Of a DNA stretch of 64,000 nt, positions 1 to 9,245 are shown piece by piece. Source of the stretch: an uncultured Ruminococcus sp. (GTDB lineage: Bacteria > Bacillota > Clostridia > Oscillospirales > CAG-382); contig CAZJVB010000007.1 in assembly GCA_964549435.1 (NCBI GenBank), positions 571 to 64,570 of the forward strand. Reading direction: 5' to 3'. A program made the position numbers and the translations under genes. The notes under the pieces were generated by a model. It saw nothing but the letters and a program-made list of their open reading frames with translations. It had not been told where the DNA came from and made no database searches. How positions within the stretch are numbered: position 1 is the stretch's first letter; every line of letters begins with the position of its first letter.

Positions 1-794
1 AACGATAGCTTTCCCTTCGTTACGGATGACACTTGCGCCAATACGCAGAATCCGGAAAAACCGACAGCGAGCGCCGCCAACATTCTCCCCGTCTCCCCAC
101 CGAGAGAGGCTGCCTTTGCGCAACCGGAGGAAAATTCCAGTGTTCCCTGTGTGAGCACAGCTTTCCAACCTGTCAAGCCAAAGAGATGTACTGCGGTATC
201 TGCAGCCACACCGAAAAAGATCAACATGCCTCCAAGCTCCAACATGGTGTGGGCGCTGCTCCCTATAGAGGAAACAAGGCTCTGCCCAGTTCCCGTGAGC
301 TGTACCTTCAAACCGCAGCAGCAAGGTCGGAAAATTCCATACAGAACACAGGCGACAAGCAGAGCGGAAAGCAGCTGCAGCAACGCCAGTTTCACTCCAA
401 ACTGCAGATCCCCGAACAGGGCATTTCCAACCACCCCGGTAAGGAACGGCAAAGACGCAAGATTCGAAAAACCGCAGAGAAATTCCGCGCGCTTTTTGGA
501 AATCTGTCCATTTTCATATAGCAGCAAAGCGCTGCGCGCACCAACCGGAAACCCGCAGAAAATACCGAGCAGCAGCACAGTTCCTTCAACGCCAAACGGA
601 AAACGGTAGAGCGCTTTTGCCGGCGGTGAAGCGACCAAAACCCCAGAAAGGCAGAGCGACACAAACAGCGAAGGAAAAATTGCTCTTACAAAAAACAGAA
701 GACGGGAAAGTGTCGCCTCGCTTGCGAAAGCAGGCTCGAATAGCAGTGCAAGAAAAAAGAGTAATAGCAATAGAAAGCGAAGAAGATTTCTCAT
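1..794 (-). CDS. YlbJ-like sporulation integral membrane protein (N-terminal part; gene runs off window start)
   Basis: Absent from the ORF track because no stop lies in the window. My translation from ATG at 794 gives MRNLLRFLLLLLFFLALLFEP...VRAIFPSLFVSLCLSGVL...GFPVGARSALLLYENGQISKKRAEFLCGFSNLASLPFL. This is polytopic and matches the FPSL / G-x-P-x-GA / F-x-N-x-x-S-x-P-F pattern I recall for B. subtilis YlbJ (nucleoside-recognition Gate family). GGTGAT RBS upstream. Confidence 0.55.
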   Translation of the reverse strand, partial: MRNLLRFLLLLLFFLALLFEPAFASEATLSRLLFFVRAIFPSLFVSLCLSGVLVASPPAKALYRFPFGVEGTVLLLGIFCGFPVGARSALLLYENGQISKKRAEFLCGFSNLASLPFLTGVVGNALFGDLQFGVKLALLQLLSALLVACVLYGIFRPCCCGLKVQLTGTGQSLVSSIGSSAHTMLELGGMLIFFGVAADTAVHLFGLTGWKAVLTQGTLEFSSGCAKAASLGGETGRMLAALAVGFSGFCVLAQVSSVTKGKLS

Positions 795-838
795 GTTCAT
801 AAAATCACCACAAGACTAATATACTGGTCTTGCAAGCA

Positions 839-846
839 ATTGTATG
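839..846 (-). promoter_or_regulatory. possible sigma-E-type -10 element (CATACAAT) upstream of the ylbJ-like gene
   Basis: The minus strand reads CATACAAT about 40 nt upstream of the ATG at 794. This matches the CATACAnT -10 of Bacillus sigma-E promoters. The -35 match (GCATGTG) is weak. Confidence 0.25.
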
Positions 847-889
847 AAACCTTTTTTCACATGCCGCACATGGAAAGGACGTGAATCCC

Positions 890-1117
890 ATGAAAAAGCC
901 ACCGTTTACGGAAGGCGTTTACATTGAGCTGCGCGGCAACCACCGCCTGATAGCGGAAGGCATTGATTCCCTGCTGGAGTACGGAGAGGCACGCATTACC
1001 GTCGGCGCAGGAGAACAGCGCATCACCTTTGAAGGGGATGGTCTAGAAATGAAATTTCTTTCCGAAAACCGCATTGTTCTGGAAGGAAGCATCCGGGAAG
1101 TGCGATATGAATCCTGA
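890..1117 (+). CDS. yqfC: sporulation protein YqfC
   Basis: A ~75-aa protein (MKKPPFTEGVYIELRGNHRLIAEGIDSLLEYGEARITV...IVLEGSIREVRYE) typical of the YabP/YqfC family, directly followed by yqfD. The ATG at 890 has an AAAGGA RBS 11 nt upstream. The track start (GTG 881) is too close to the RBS. Confidence 0.75.
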   Translation: MKKPPFTEGVYIELRGNHRLIAEGIDSLLEYGEARITVGAGEQRITFEGDGLEMKFLSENRIVLEGSIREVRYES

Positions 1118-1152
1118 GCAGGACGCATCTTGCTTTAGAAAGGTCTTTATTC

Positions 1153-2370
1153 ATGTATCAATTCCTGCACCCACTATTCGGCGAATACGTCGTCCGGCTG
1201 CACGGTCAATCGGTTTTACCGTTTTTAAAACAGCTTACCTCTGATCACATCCTGTTTTGGGGCTTGCGTGGAGAGCAAAGCGAATGGCAGATCAAAACAT
1301 CACTTGCCTGTGCCGAGCCACTGCTCGCCTGCGCCGAGGAAGCGGGCATTGACGCTGAGATCGTCGGCAAACACGGACTACCGTTTCTGATAGCAAAATA
1401 CAAGCGGCGTCCGGGGCTGTTACTTGGCTTATTTTTAGGCTTTGCATTGCTCTTTTATGCGGAGCTGTTTGTCTGGAAAATTACCGTTAACGGCAACACT
1501 CTGCTTTCCGACCGGGAAATCATCCATGCACTGGAGGATTACGGTATTGGCATTGGCAGTTACATTCCAAGCATTCCGGTCCTGCGCGCGCAGAATGAAT
1601 TCCTGCTGGAATACGCAGACATTTCCTCGGTCGCCATCAATATTAAGGGAACACACATCGAAGTGGAGGTCTTGGAGCGAACACATGCACCGGAAATTGA
1701 AAATACAGACGGGTATTGCAATATCGTCGCCTCTGAGGACGGGATAATTCTTTCTGTCGATGTCGCAGCCGGTACCGCGCTCGTTTCCCCCGGGGACGTT
1801 GTAACAGCAGGACAGCCACTGATCAGTGCCTATACCGTGAACGGACGTCAGATTTATCAGCTGCACCATGCGCGTGGAACAGTCACGGCAGAGGTCTACG
1901 GCAGCTATTCGATCGCCATACCGCTTGAAAGTACGGTCAAGCAGTATACCGGGCGAGAGGAAAAAAAAACAACCCTTACCCTGCTCGGCAAGGATCTGGA
2001 TCTGTTTTGGAAAGAGGACTGCCCTTATGACCGCTTTGATACTGAGGTATCCGAAACGCCGTTTTTTCTGTTCGGCATCGCGGAAACGCCAATAGTCAGC
2101 ACATCCGTAATTTACCGAGAGTATCAAGCGGAAACGGTCACTATTTCCCCAGAGCAGGCACAGCAGGCTGCGTTCGAAGCTTTCAACGCATGGTTGGATC
2201 GGCAAACCGATGAGATAACGGACTATGATTATAAAATTTCTTATGATGAAATACAAAACGCTTACGTACTGAACGCAAGCGTCGTATTCAGGAAAAACAT
2301 CGGGGTTGACTTACCGATCTCCGCCGGCGAATTGCCTCCTGAACAGATCAAACCCCGGGAAGTTCAGTGA
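1153..2370 (+). CDS. yqfD: sporulation protein YqfD (stage IV sporulation family)
   Basis: 405 aa with one central TM segment (LLLGLFLGFALLFYAELFVW) and conserved yqfC-yqfD synteny. Confidence 0.75.
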   Translation: MYQFLHPLFGEYVVRLHGQSVLPFLKQLTSDHILFWGLRGEQSEWQIKTSLACAEPLLACAEEAGIDAEIVGKHGLPFLIAKYKRRPGLLLGLFLGFALLFYAELFVWKITVNGNTLLSDREIIHALEDYGIGIGSYIPSIPVLRAQNEFLLEYADISSVAINIKGTHIEVEVLERTHAPEIENTDGYCNIVASEDGIILSVDVAAGTALVSPGDVVTAGQPLISAYTVNGRQIYQLHHARGTVTAEVYGSYSIAIPLESTVKQYTGREEKKTTLTLLGKDLDLFWKEDCPYDRFDTEVSETPFFLFGIAETPIVSTSVIYREYQAETVTISPEQAQQAAFEAFNAWLDRQTDEITDYDYKISYDEIQNAYVLNASVVFRKNIGVDLPISAGELPPEQIKPREVQ

Positions 2371-2888
2371 GCAAACAGATCCTTCCCGTAAGAATCGACC
2401 GCTACCGTCAATGGGAACGACCGGAATTCCAGCCGCTTGATCGATTCACAACCAAGATCCTGAAAAGCGATCTCCTCACAGGAAAGGATTTTACTGGAAC
2501 AGAACGCACCGGCACCTCCGACCGCAATCAGGTAAATTCCGCCGCTTTCCCGAATCGCCTCTACCACTGCCGCCGATCTGCCGCCCTTCCCGATTGTCCC
2601 TTTCAATCCATGACGATACAGTTCCGGCGCGAAAGCATCCATCCGGCATGAGGTTGTCGGTCCGAAGGAACCGCAGACCCGCCCCTCCGGCGCCGGTGTC
2701 GGTCCCGCATAATACAGAAAGGCTCCATCCAAAGAAAACGGAAGAGCTTCCCCTTTTTCCAGCATTGCTTTGATCCGTTTATGTGCGGCATCTCGCGCCG
2801 TGTAAACCACGCCGCTTAAAGAAATCGTATCCCCTGCATGAACAACGGGAATCCAAAACGCAGCCTCCTCTACAAGCACCGACCTCAT
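2364..2888 (-). CDS. Fe-S hydro-lyase beta subunit (class I fumarate hydratase / L-tartrate dehydratase beta type)
   Basis: The 174-aa translation contains GDTISLSGVVYTARDAAHKR...LYYAGPTPAP...GPTTSCRMD...IGKGGRS...AVGGAGA, the hallmark string of FumA C-terminal/TtdB-type subunits. Confidence 0.75.
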   Translation of the reverse strand: MRSVLVEEAAFWIPVVHAGDTISLSGVVYTARDAAHKRIKAMLEKGEALPFSLDGAFLYYAGPTPAPEGRVCGSFGPTTSCRMDAFAPELYRHGLKGTIGKGGRSAAVVEAIRESGGIYLIAVGGAGAFCSSKILSCEEIAFQDLGCESIKRLEFRSFPLTVAVDSYGKDLFAH

Positions 2889-3421
2889 ACTAGCCTGCCA
2901 ATCGCTTTCTGTTTGATTTCTTCCATCGCTTCATCCAGCAACGCTTCCGTTTTGCAAAGCTCCGATGACACCGTATGCATCCGATCAGAAAATTCCGCAG
3001 CAGCCCGGCCAATGACCGCACACTTTTGACGGGTTTCCGCAACTACAAGTTCCGCTTCGTGTTCTGCACGCCGACGTGCATCCGCAAGCAAAGCGTCTGC
3101 CTGCTCCTGTGCGGAGGAAACGATTTCCTCTGCACGAGTATCCGCCGCTATCATTCTCTGTCCGATGCTCGCCTGCAACAAGGCGCACTCCCGTTCCTTC
3201 TCCTGCAGCCGTCCTTCATAGGTTACCTCTAAGGCAGAAGCGCGCTTCTCGCTTTCTGCAAGTGCTGCCTGCGTTTCCGTCAAGGATGCAGTCAATTGCC
3301 GGATTTGTTCCTTTAGTTCCGCTTCCTTTTCCGAAAAGGAGCGATTAAGCTCCAAAAGAAAAGCATCGACCTGTTCCCGGTCATATCCGCGCCCCGCCTT
3401 TGCAAAGATTGCTTCCGCCAT
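2885..3421 (-). CDS. DivIVA domain-containing coiled-coil protein
   Basis: N-terminus GRGYDREQVDAFLLEL is the DivIVA motif. The rest is Ala/Glu/Leu-rich coiled coil. The stop overlaps the downstream ATG (ATGA). Confidence 0.6.
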   Translation of the reverse strand: MAEAIFAKAGRGYDREQVDAFLLELNRSFSEKEAELKEQIRQLTASLTETQAALAESEKRASALEVTYEGRLQEKERECALLQASIGQRMIAADTRAEEIVSSAQEQADALLADARRRAEHEAELVVAETRQKCAVIGRAAAEFSDRMHTVSSELCKTEALLDEAMEEIKQKAIGRLV

Positions 3422-3469
3422 TGTAGCACCGCCTTACCTGACTTTTACTTGTTTACTCGTTACGACAGT

Positions 3470-3498
3470 ATGGTACCATATTTTCTTTCTTTTGTCAA
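3470..3498 (-). promoter_or_regulatory. sigma-A-like promoter for the DivIVA-domain gene (TTGACA-17-TACCAT)
   Basis: The minus strand reads TTGACA (3498-3493), 17 nt, TACCAT (3475-3470). Confidence 0.4.
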
Positions 3499-3561
3499 TG
3501 ATTTTTATCAATACCTTGCTGTCGTAACAGCCGACTCTGATACAAAAAGGAGGACTCCCTT

Positions 3562-4890
3562 TTGTTCTTAGAAACGTTGCGCGAAGCACTCTGGAGCTTC
3601 CCGCTGATTGCACTGCTGACCGTAAGCGGCGGCTACTTTACCGTCCGGACAGGTTTCTTTCAGCTGCATCCACTGCGACTCTGCCACAGCACCGTCGGTT
3701 CCCTGTTTCTTAAAAAGGAAGGGAGAAAAGCGATGCTCGCGTCAGTTGCCACTGCCTTAGGCGGCACGGTTGGCGTCGGCAGCATCACCGGCGTCGCTTA
3801 TGGAATCTCCGTTGGCGGTGCAGGCAGTATCTTCTGGATGTGGGTCAGCGGCTTCACCGGTATGGCGCTGAAATATGCAGAGGTATACCTCGCCGTGGCA
3901 CATCGCAAGCGAATGGCGAACGGCGGATATACCGGCGGCGCTCCCTACGCGCTCACAGATGCAGGACACAAAAAGCTGGGTGTTCTGTTCGCCGGTCTCT
4001 GCATCTTCGCATCCTTCGGTGTTGGAAACCTCGCACAGATCGGCGCCCTGACGCAGGCCGCCGGCACGTTAGATATTCCCGCACCGGTCTGTGGAGGATT
4101 TTGCGCCGCTCTGCTTGCGGTCGCGGTTTTCGGAGGCAGAGAACGCATCGGAAAGCTCAACACTGTATTGGTGCCGGTGGCTTCTGCGCTCTATCTCGGT
4201 GCAACGGTCTGGATCCTTCTGTCACATCTTCCCGCTATACCCGGAGCGTTCATGCGGATTCTACAGGAAGCGTTCGGCTTTCGTGCCGCATTTGGCGGCA
4301 TCTCCGGCAGCCTGCTGGCGCTTTCCCTCCGGGAAGGATTCGCGCGGGGTGTCTTTTCAAACGAAGCAGGTGTCGGCTCCTCCCCGCTGGCGCACGCGTC
4401 CTCCGGAGAGAGCGACCCGCAGCGGCAAGGAGAATGGGGCGCATTTGAAATACTGGCAGATACATTTCTCGTCTCCACGCTGACTGCGCTCGCTCTGCTC
4501 TGTGTCGGTCGAGAACAGGTAACCGAGCTATTCAGCGGAGCGTTCGGAAGTAGCGGCAGCCTATTGTTCACCATGCTGATGGCTGTTTTCGCTTTTGCTT
4601 CTATCCTCAGCTGGTGCTATTACAGTGAGGTTTGCCTTGCCTTTTTATCACTGCCGCATGGAGAGCTAATTTACCGGCTGCTTTCTGTCGCAGCGTCCTT
4701 CTTCGGTGCATTCATTTCCCTAAAAGCCTTATGGGCTGCGGCGGACATCCTTAACGCACTGATGATTCTGCCGAATCTATTTCTCCTATTCCTGCAAAGA
4801 AAAGAAGTTGTATACAGACACACATCAAAAAAGGAAAGGATATCATCGTGTGGTACTCTGAAGAAAAAGAAGCCGTCTTCCGCAGTCTGA
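3562..4890 (+). CDS. alanine/glycine:cation symporter (AGCS family)
   Basis: 442-aa polytopic protein. The N-terminus ...LWSFPLIALLTVSGGYFTVRTGFFQL and the FSNEAGVGSSPLAHA motif are typical of AGCS. TTG start with an AAGGAGG RBS. Confidence 0.8.
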   Translation: MFLETLREALWSFPLIALLTVSGGYFTVRTGFFQLHPLRLCHSTVGSLFLKKEGRKAMLASVATALGGTVGVGSITGVAYGISVGGAGSIFWMWVSGFTGMALKYAEVYLAVAHRKRMANGGYTGGAPYALTDAGHKKLGVLFAGLCIFASFGVGNLAQIGALTQAAGTLDIPAPVCGGFCAALLAVAVFGGRERIGKLNTVLVPVASALYLGATVWILLSHLPAIPGAFMRILQEAFGFRAAFGGISGSLLALSLREGFARGVFSNEAGVGSSPLAHASSGESDPQRQGEWGAFEILADTFLVSTLTALALLCVGREQVTELFSGAFGSSGSLLFTMLMAVFAFASILSWCYYSEVCLAFLSLPHGELIYRLLSVAASFFGAFISLKALWAAADILNALMILPNLFLLFLQRKEVVYRHTSKKERISSCGTLKKKKPSSAV

Positions 4891-7355
4891 ACGCAAGCCC
4901 GGACGGACTATCTCAAGCGGAAGCCGCCGCCCGATTGGAAACGCACGGGCGCAATGAACTGCGGCAGCGCAAAAGAAAACATCCGCTGCTGCGTTTTTTC
5001 TCCGCCTTTGCGGACAAGATGACGCTCGTCCTGTTGGCAGCCGCCTGCATTTCCTTCGTGACCGACCGTCTCAACGGAGAATTCAGCGCCGATCCCTTTA
5101 TTATTCTTGCGATTGTCCTCCTGAATGCTATGATCTCTCTGATTCAGGAAAACCGCGCAGAACGGGCACTGGAAGCGCTACGGCGCATATCATCACCGGA
5201 AAGCATTGTATTGCGGGACGGGCAGAAAAAACATATTCCCAGTGCAGAGGTCGTCCCCGGAGACATCGTCTTTCTTGAAAAGGGAATGATCGTCCCCTGC
5301 GATGGCCGGCTTTTAGAGGCGGTCTCCCTGATGACAGATGAGTCCGCGCTGACCGGCGAATCCGGCGGTATCCGGAAGGATGCTTCCCAAATCTTCCCTC
5401 CGGACAGTAATACCGGCGACATCGCCAACGCCGTTTGGTCTGGAACCGCCGTAATCAGCGGGCACGGAAGCTTTCTGGCAGCGCAGACCGGCATGAACAC
5501 AGCGGTAGGCGGCATCGCGTCACTATTGGAAGGAACTGATGAAAAGACACCGTTGCAGCAGCGGCTGGCAAAGCTGTCCGGACTGTTCGGTAATCTGACT
5601 GTCATCATCTGCATTGTCATCTTTTTGTTGTCACTTTGGAAAGGTCTGGAACCGAAGGAAATGTTTCTAACCAGCGTCAGCCTTGCTGTTGCCGCGATTC
5701 CGGAAGGCCTGCCAGCGATCGTCACCATCGTTCTTTCCCTCGGTGTACAGCGCATGGCAAAGCAGCGTGCTATCGTCCGTCGTTTGCCCGCGGTGGAAAC
5801 CTTGGGCTGTGCCGGCGTCATCTGCTCGGACAAGACCGGCACTCTGACCTGCAATCGCATGACGGTCACCGATCTGTTCGGAGACCGGGAGAAGCTCGCG
5901 CTCGCCAGCTTGCTTTGCAACGATCGTGCCTCACCAACCGAGGAAGCACTCTACGACGCTGCGCTCAAAAACGGTGCCGCCCCTGACTTAACAGAACACT
6001 ATCCACGTCTTCGAGAGCTGCCTTTTGATTCTGAAACCAAGCTGATGGTTACCCTTCACCGCGAGGGAAACAGTTACCGCAGCTATCTGAAGGGAGCACC
6101 GGACGTCATCGCAAAATATTGCGGTGGACTGCCTCCGGAGGCTTCGACAGAACTGAGGCGGCTGGCGGACAACGCCAAGCGGGTGATCGGCTTTGCAGAA
6201 GCAAAATCAGATCACATTCCCACTGATCTGCTGCGGCAACCCTTCCGCTTTCTCGGTCTTTGCGGAATGGAGGATCCACCGCGCGAAGGGGCTGAAGAAG
6301 CGGTCAGACAATGCGCAGAAGCAGGCATTCTGCCGGTCATGATTACCGGCGACCATGCGGCAACCGCTTCAGCTATCGCACGTAAGCTGGGCATCCTGCA
6401 CGATGGTACTGAATGCTATACAGAAGCCGAGCTTCGTTCCCTTTCCGATGAGGAACTCGCAGAAAAAGTAAAAACCTGCACCGTATTCGCCCGCACAACT
6501 CCCGCTTTTAAGATGCGCATCGTGGAAGCATACCGCAAAAATGGTTATGTAGTCGCTATGACTGGCGACGGTGTCAACGATGCGCCGGCACTCAAAAAAG
6601 CGGACATCGGATGTGCAATGGGAAAGGGCGGAACAGAGGTCGCGCGGGAGGCTGCCGATCTGATTCTGACGGATGACAATTTTTCCACCGTTGTGGAATC
6701 CGTCCGCGAAGGGCGAACAATCTACGGCAACATCCGCCGCGCAGTACACTTCCTGCTCTCCTGCAATATCGGAGAAATTGTCAGCGTCTTACTAGGCATC
6801 CTGCTTTCCCTTCCGGCCCCGCTGGAAGCCATTCAACTGCTTTGGGTAAATCTGGTAACCGATTCTCTGCCCGCGATCTCTTTGGGACTGGAAAAACCGG
6901 GTAAGGATATCATGCGGTGTCCGCCCGGTAAGCGTGACGAGCCTCTGTTTACCCGATTGCGCTGGCTGGAAATTTTCGCAGAGGGCATCCTGATCGGCTG
7001 TCTTTCCTTGATTGCTTTCGGTATCGGCACGCTCTCCGGAGACTTTACGGTCGGGCGCACCATGGCATTTACGGTACTTGCCGTGTCACAGCTATTCCAC
7101 GCCTTCAACATGCGCTCCGGACGCTCGCTGTTCTCCCTCTCTCCCCTCTCCAACCCTTGGCTTCTCGGCTCCTTCTTCTTAGGCGCCGCGTTGCAGGTTG
7201 CAATCGTACAGCTCCCCTTCCTTTGCAAGATCTTTATGACCGTTCCCTTGAACGGCATGCAATGGCTCTGCACCACTGCCCTCTGTATTTTCCCGATCTT
7301 CTTCTGCGAGACATACAAAAAAATCCGTCAGGGAAGAACCAAAACCAAGTCATAA
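4848..7355 (+). CDS. cation-translocating P-type ATPase (P2-type, Ca2+-ATPase-like)
   Basis: Motifs TGES (ALTGESGG), PEGLPA (IPEGLPAIV), DKTGTLT (SDKTGTLTCN) and TGDGVNDAPALK. GTG start with an AAAGGAAAGGA RBS. Overlaps the symporter 3' end by 43 nt. Confidence 0.85.
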   Translation: MWYSEEKEAVFRSLNASPDGLSQAEAAARLETHGRNELRQRKRKHPLLRFFSAFADKMTLVLLAAACISFVTDRLNGEFSADPFIILAIVLLNAMISLIQENRAERALEALRRISSPESIVLRDGQKKHIPSAEVVPGDIVFLEKGMIVPCDGRLLEAVSLMTDESALTGESGGIRKDASQIFPPDSNTGDIANAVWSGTAVISGHGSFLAAQTGMNTAVGGIASLLEGTDEKTPLQQRLAKLSGLFGNLTVIICIVIFLLSLWKGLEPKEMFLTSVSLAVAAIPEGLPAIVTIVLSLGVQRMAKQRAIVRRLPAVETLGCAGVICSDKTGTLTCNRMTVTDLFGDREKLALASLLCNDRASPTEEALYDAALKNGAAPDLTEHYPRLRELPFDSETKLMVTLHREGNSYRSYLKGAPDVIAKYCGGLPPEASTELRRLADNAKRVIGFAEAKSDHIPTDLLRQPFRFLGLCGMEDPPREGAEEAVRQCAEAGILPVMITGDHAATASAIARKLGILHDGTECYTEAELRSLSDEELAEKVKTCTVFARTTPAFKMRIVEAYRKNGYVVAMTGDGVNDAPALKKADIGCAMGKGGTEVAREAADLILTDDNFSTVVESVREGRTIYGNIRRAVHFLLSCNIGEIVSVLLGILLSLPAPLEAIQLLWVNLVTDSLPAISLGLEKPGKDIMRCPPGKRDEPLFTRLRWLEIFAEGILIGCLSLIAFGIGTLSGDFTVGRTMAFTVLAVSQLFHAFNMRSGRSLFSLSPLSNPWLLGSFFLGAALQVAIVQLPFLCKIFMTVPLNGMQWLCTTALCIFPIFFCETYKKIRQGRTKTKS

Positions 7356-7516
7356 CCATCGCTCGCGCCGGCTACATGCGGCTCGGCACCGGTCAAGCCT
7401 AAGCTTCCTGAAAGATCTGTATATTAGAAAAGGCGGCGGCAGAATCAACCTCTGCCACCGCCTTGACTCTATATTTAGTCTACAATCCCTGTTAATACCC
7501 GTATGCTGACGGTCAG

Positions 7517-7546
7517 AAAAAAAGCAGGGGCGGAATACTCCACCCC
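7517..7546 (-). terminator. rho-independent terminator after the ECF S-component gene
   Basis: The minus strand reads GGGGTGGA-GTAT-TCCGCCCC (8-bp stem including one G-U pair) followed by TGCTTTTTTT. Confidence 0.6.
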
Positions 7547-7555
7547 ACCTGTTTC

Positions 7556-8173
7556 TTATGCCGTTTCGCCTTTGTTGACAAAACGCACGACCGCCTTTGC
7601 AATCGCAGCGGCAACCACAAAATTGACTGCCGCTTCTACTATGCCGTTGATGCCGACAAACGCCACAAGGAATACCCATACGGATTCTGTTGCGATACCC
7701 CAGTCACTCATTTGCCCGAGGAATGCATCGTTGTGCCAGAAGAACAGCAGAATCGCCCCCATAAAGAAAATTGTATTGAGCAGCGCCGTTGAAAGGCTCG
7801 CTGCAAAATAAGATGCGATTCTGGTACGGTCAATCCGATGCAGCGCGCGAAACAGCAGCCCGGACAGCCAGCCACACAAAACACGCGGAACCATGCAGGT
7901 CAAAAAGGTGAAAAACGGATTGACTCCCAGCAGAAAAACACCGATTGCAGAAGTGCCAAAGCACTGAATAAAGCTGGTAAGACCAAAAACACCGCCTAAA
8001 ATCGCTCCGGCTGCAGGACCAAGGACAATCGCGCCGATCGCAACAGGAAGAACCATCAACGTCAATTCGATCGCGCCGATTTTCAGATAGCCGAGAGGCG
8101 TGAAAGCAAAGAGCAACATGATGGCGATGAGTATGGCCAATTGTGCCATCTCGCGGATTTTGTTTTTTTTCAT
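7556..8173 (-). CDS. ECF transporter S component (substrate-specific; pantothenate suggested by context only)
   Basis: 205 aa, about 6 TM segments. The N-terminus KIREMAQLAILIAIMLLFAFTPLGYLKIG...ELTLMVLPVAIGAIVLGP is typical of ECF S components. Immediately downstream of coaX. AAGGAG RBS. Confidence 0.6.
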   Translation of the reverse strand: MKKNKIREMAQLAILIAIMLLFAFTPLGYLKIGAIELTLMVLPVAIGAIVLGPAAGAILGGVFGLTSFIQCFGTSAIGVFLLGVNPFFTFLTCMVPRVLCGWLSGLLFRALHRIDRTRIASYFAASLSTALLNTIFFMGAILLFFWHNDAFLGQMSDWGIATESVWVFLVAFVGINGIVEAAVNFVVAAAIAKAVVRFVNKGETA

Positions 8174-8266
8174 AGGAATCTCCTTTTTCTTTTGCGTTTT
8201 CCTATCGCCCCGTTATCGGGTGCAATGCAAAACGCAGATTTTATTTATGAAAGCAGTTTCCCGCTA

Positions 8267-9040
8267 TCATTTTCTATTTTTTTGATACAGCAGCCACAGA
8301 CCGCAAAGCGTCAGATCCGGACGACGTTCCATTTTCCACCTGCAGAACGGTAAAACCGTATCGGCAAGACCACCAGTCACCACTACATGCAGCTGTTCGA
8401 CGCGAAGCGTCCGACGGATCTCCTCCAAAAAGCCGTCAATTAAGAAGGCATGCCCATACAATACGCCGACATTCATTGATTCTTGCGAATTTTTGGCAAT
8501 CAGACGTTTCGGGGAGGCAAGAGAAACATCCGGTAACTCCGATGCACCGGCAGACAGCGCATCTAACGACATCCGCAGTCCCGGCGCAATGATAACGCCC
8601 TCCAGCACGCCGTTACCGTCGAGAACGGTAAAGGTTGTCGCTGTACCGAGATCGACGATGACGATCGGTGTGGAACAAGAAGCAACCGCCGCAACCGCAT
8701 TGGCAACCAGATCTGCGCCAAGCTCTGTCTGGCTGTCGATCCGGATCTTCAAGCCCGTTTTGATTCCTGGTCCAACCTCAATCGCGAGAAGCCCGAGCAA
8801 TTCCTTCACCGCAGAGGAAACAATCGCCGTCAGCGGCGGCACGACGGAAGCAATGATGCAGCCGGTAATCTCCTGTAACGGAATCTGATGCAATTGCAGT
8901 ATACCGTTCAGAATCACTGCATATTCATCTGCGGACCGGGTTTTGACCACGGAAGCCTTGCTTTTCATTTGCAAAACACCGTCTTCACCAAAGACGCCGA
9001 AATCGATACTCGAATTCCCGATATCGACCGCAAGCAGCAT
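8267..9040 (-). CDS. coaX: type III pantothenate kinase
   Basis: MLLAVDIGNSSIDFGVF..., VVDLGTATTF and VVVTGGLA motifs of the CoaX/ASKHA fold. The ATG at 9040 has a GAGGAG RBS, so the track start at 9055 is unlikely. Confidence 0.85.
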   Translation of the reverse strand: MLLAVDIGNSSIDFGVFGEDGVLQMKSKASVVKTRSADEYAVILNGILQLHQIPLQEITGCIIASVVPPLTAIVSSAVKELLGLLAIEVGPGIKTGLKIRIDSQTELGADLVANAVAAVASCSTPIVIVDLGTATTFTVLDGNGVLEGVIIAPGLRMSLDALSAGASELPDVSLASPKRLIAKNSQESMNVGVLYGHAFLIDGFLEEIRRTLRVEQLHVVVTGGLADTVLPFCRWKMERRPDLTLCGLWLLYQKNRK

Positions 9041-9094
9041 AACTCTCCTCACCACCGTTTATTAGCTACAGTTCTTTTGCTACAGTTCATATAT

Positions 9095-9124
9095 AGTATA
9101 GCACAGACGTCGGCTGTCTGTCAA
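9095..9124 (-). promoter_or_regulatory. sigma-A-like promoter of the coaX operon (TTGACA-18-TATACT)
   Basis: The minus strand reads TTGACA (9124-9119), 18 nt, TATACT (9100-9095). Confidence 0.45.
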
Positions 9125-9245
9125 TCCCTTTCGAAACGATGAAATGATAAGAACAAGCACTTCCCATCCCAGTTTTGCATATGATTATGATCACAGATAC
9201 TCGGGACGCACCGTTTCCTTCCGGAAAACAAATCCGCTCCGAAAA

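Noticed and set aside
33-664. Three overlapping ORFs (33-521 +, 151-609 +, 392-664 -) at the window start.
   Set aside because: The region is better explained by the minus-strand YlbJ-like membrane protein starting at 794 and running off the window. The listed ORFs are out-of-frame or antisense shadows.
1435-2256. A 273-aa minus-strand ORF antisense to yqfD.
   Set aside because: It is a shadow ORF inside a well-supported gene, with no RBS or motif.
7431-7463. A GC-rich hairpin AGGCGGCGGCAGA-ATCAACC-TCTGCCACCGCCT as the terminator of the P-type ATPase gene.
   Set aside because: The stem has a mismatch and no U-tract follows on the plus strand (CTTGACTC). On the minus strand it is followed by TTTTCT, but the ECF gene already has a better terminator at 7517-7546. 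The function is undetermined.
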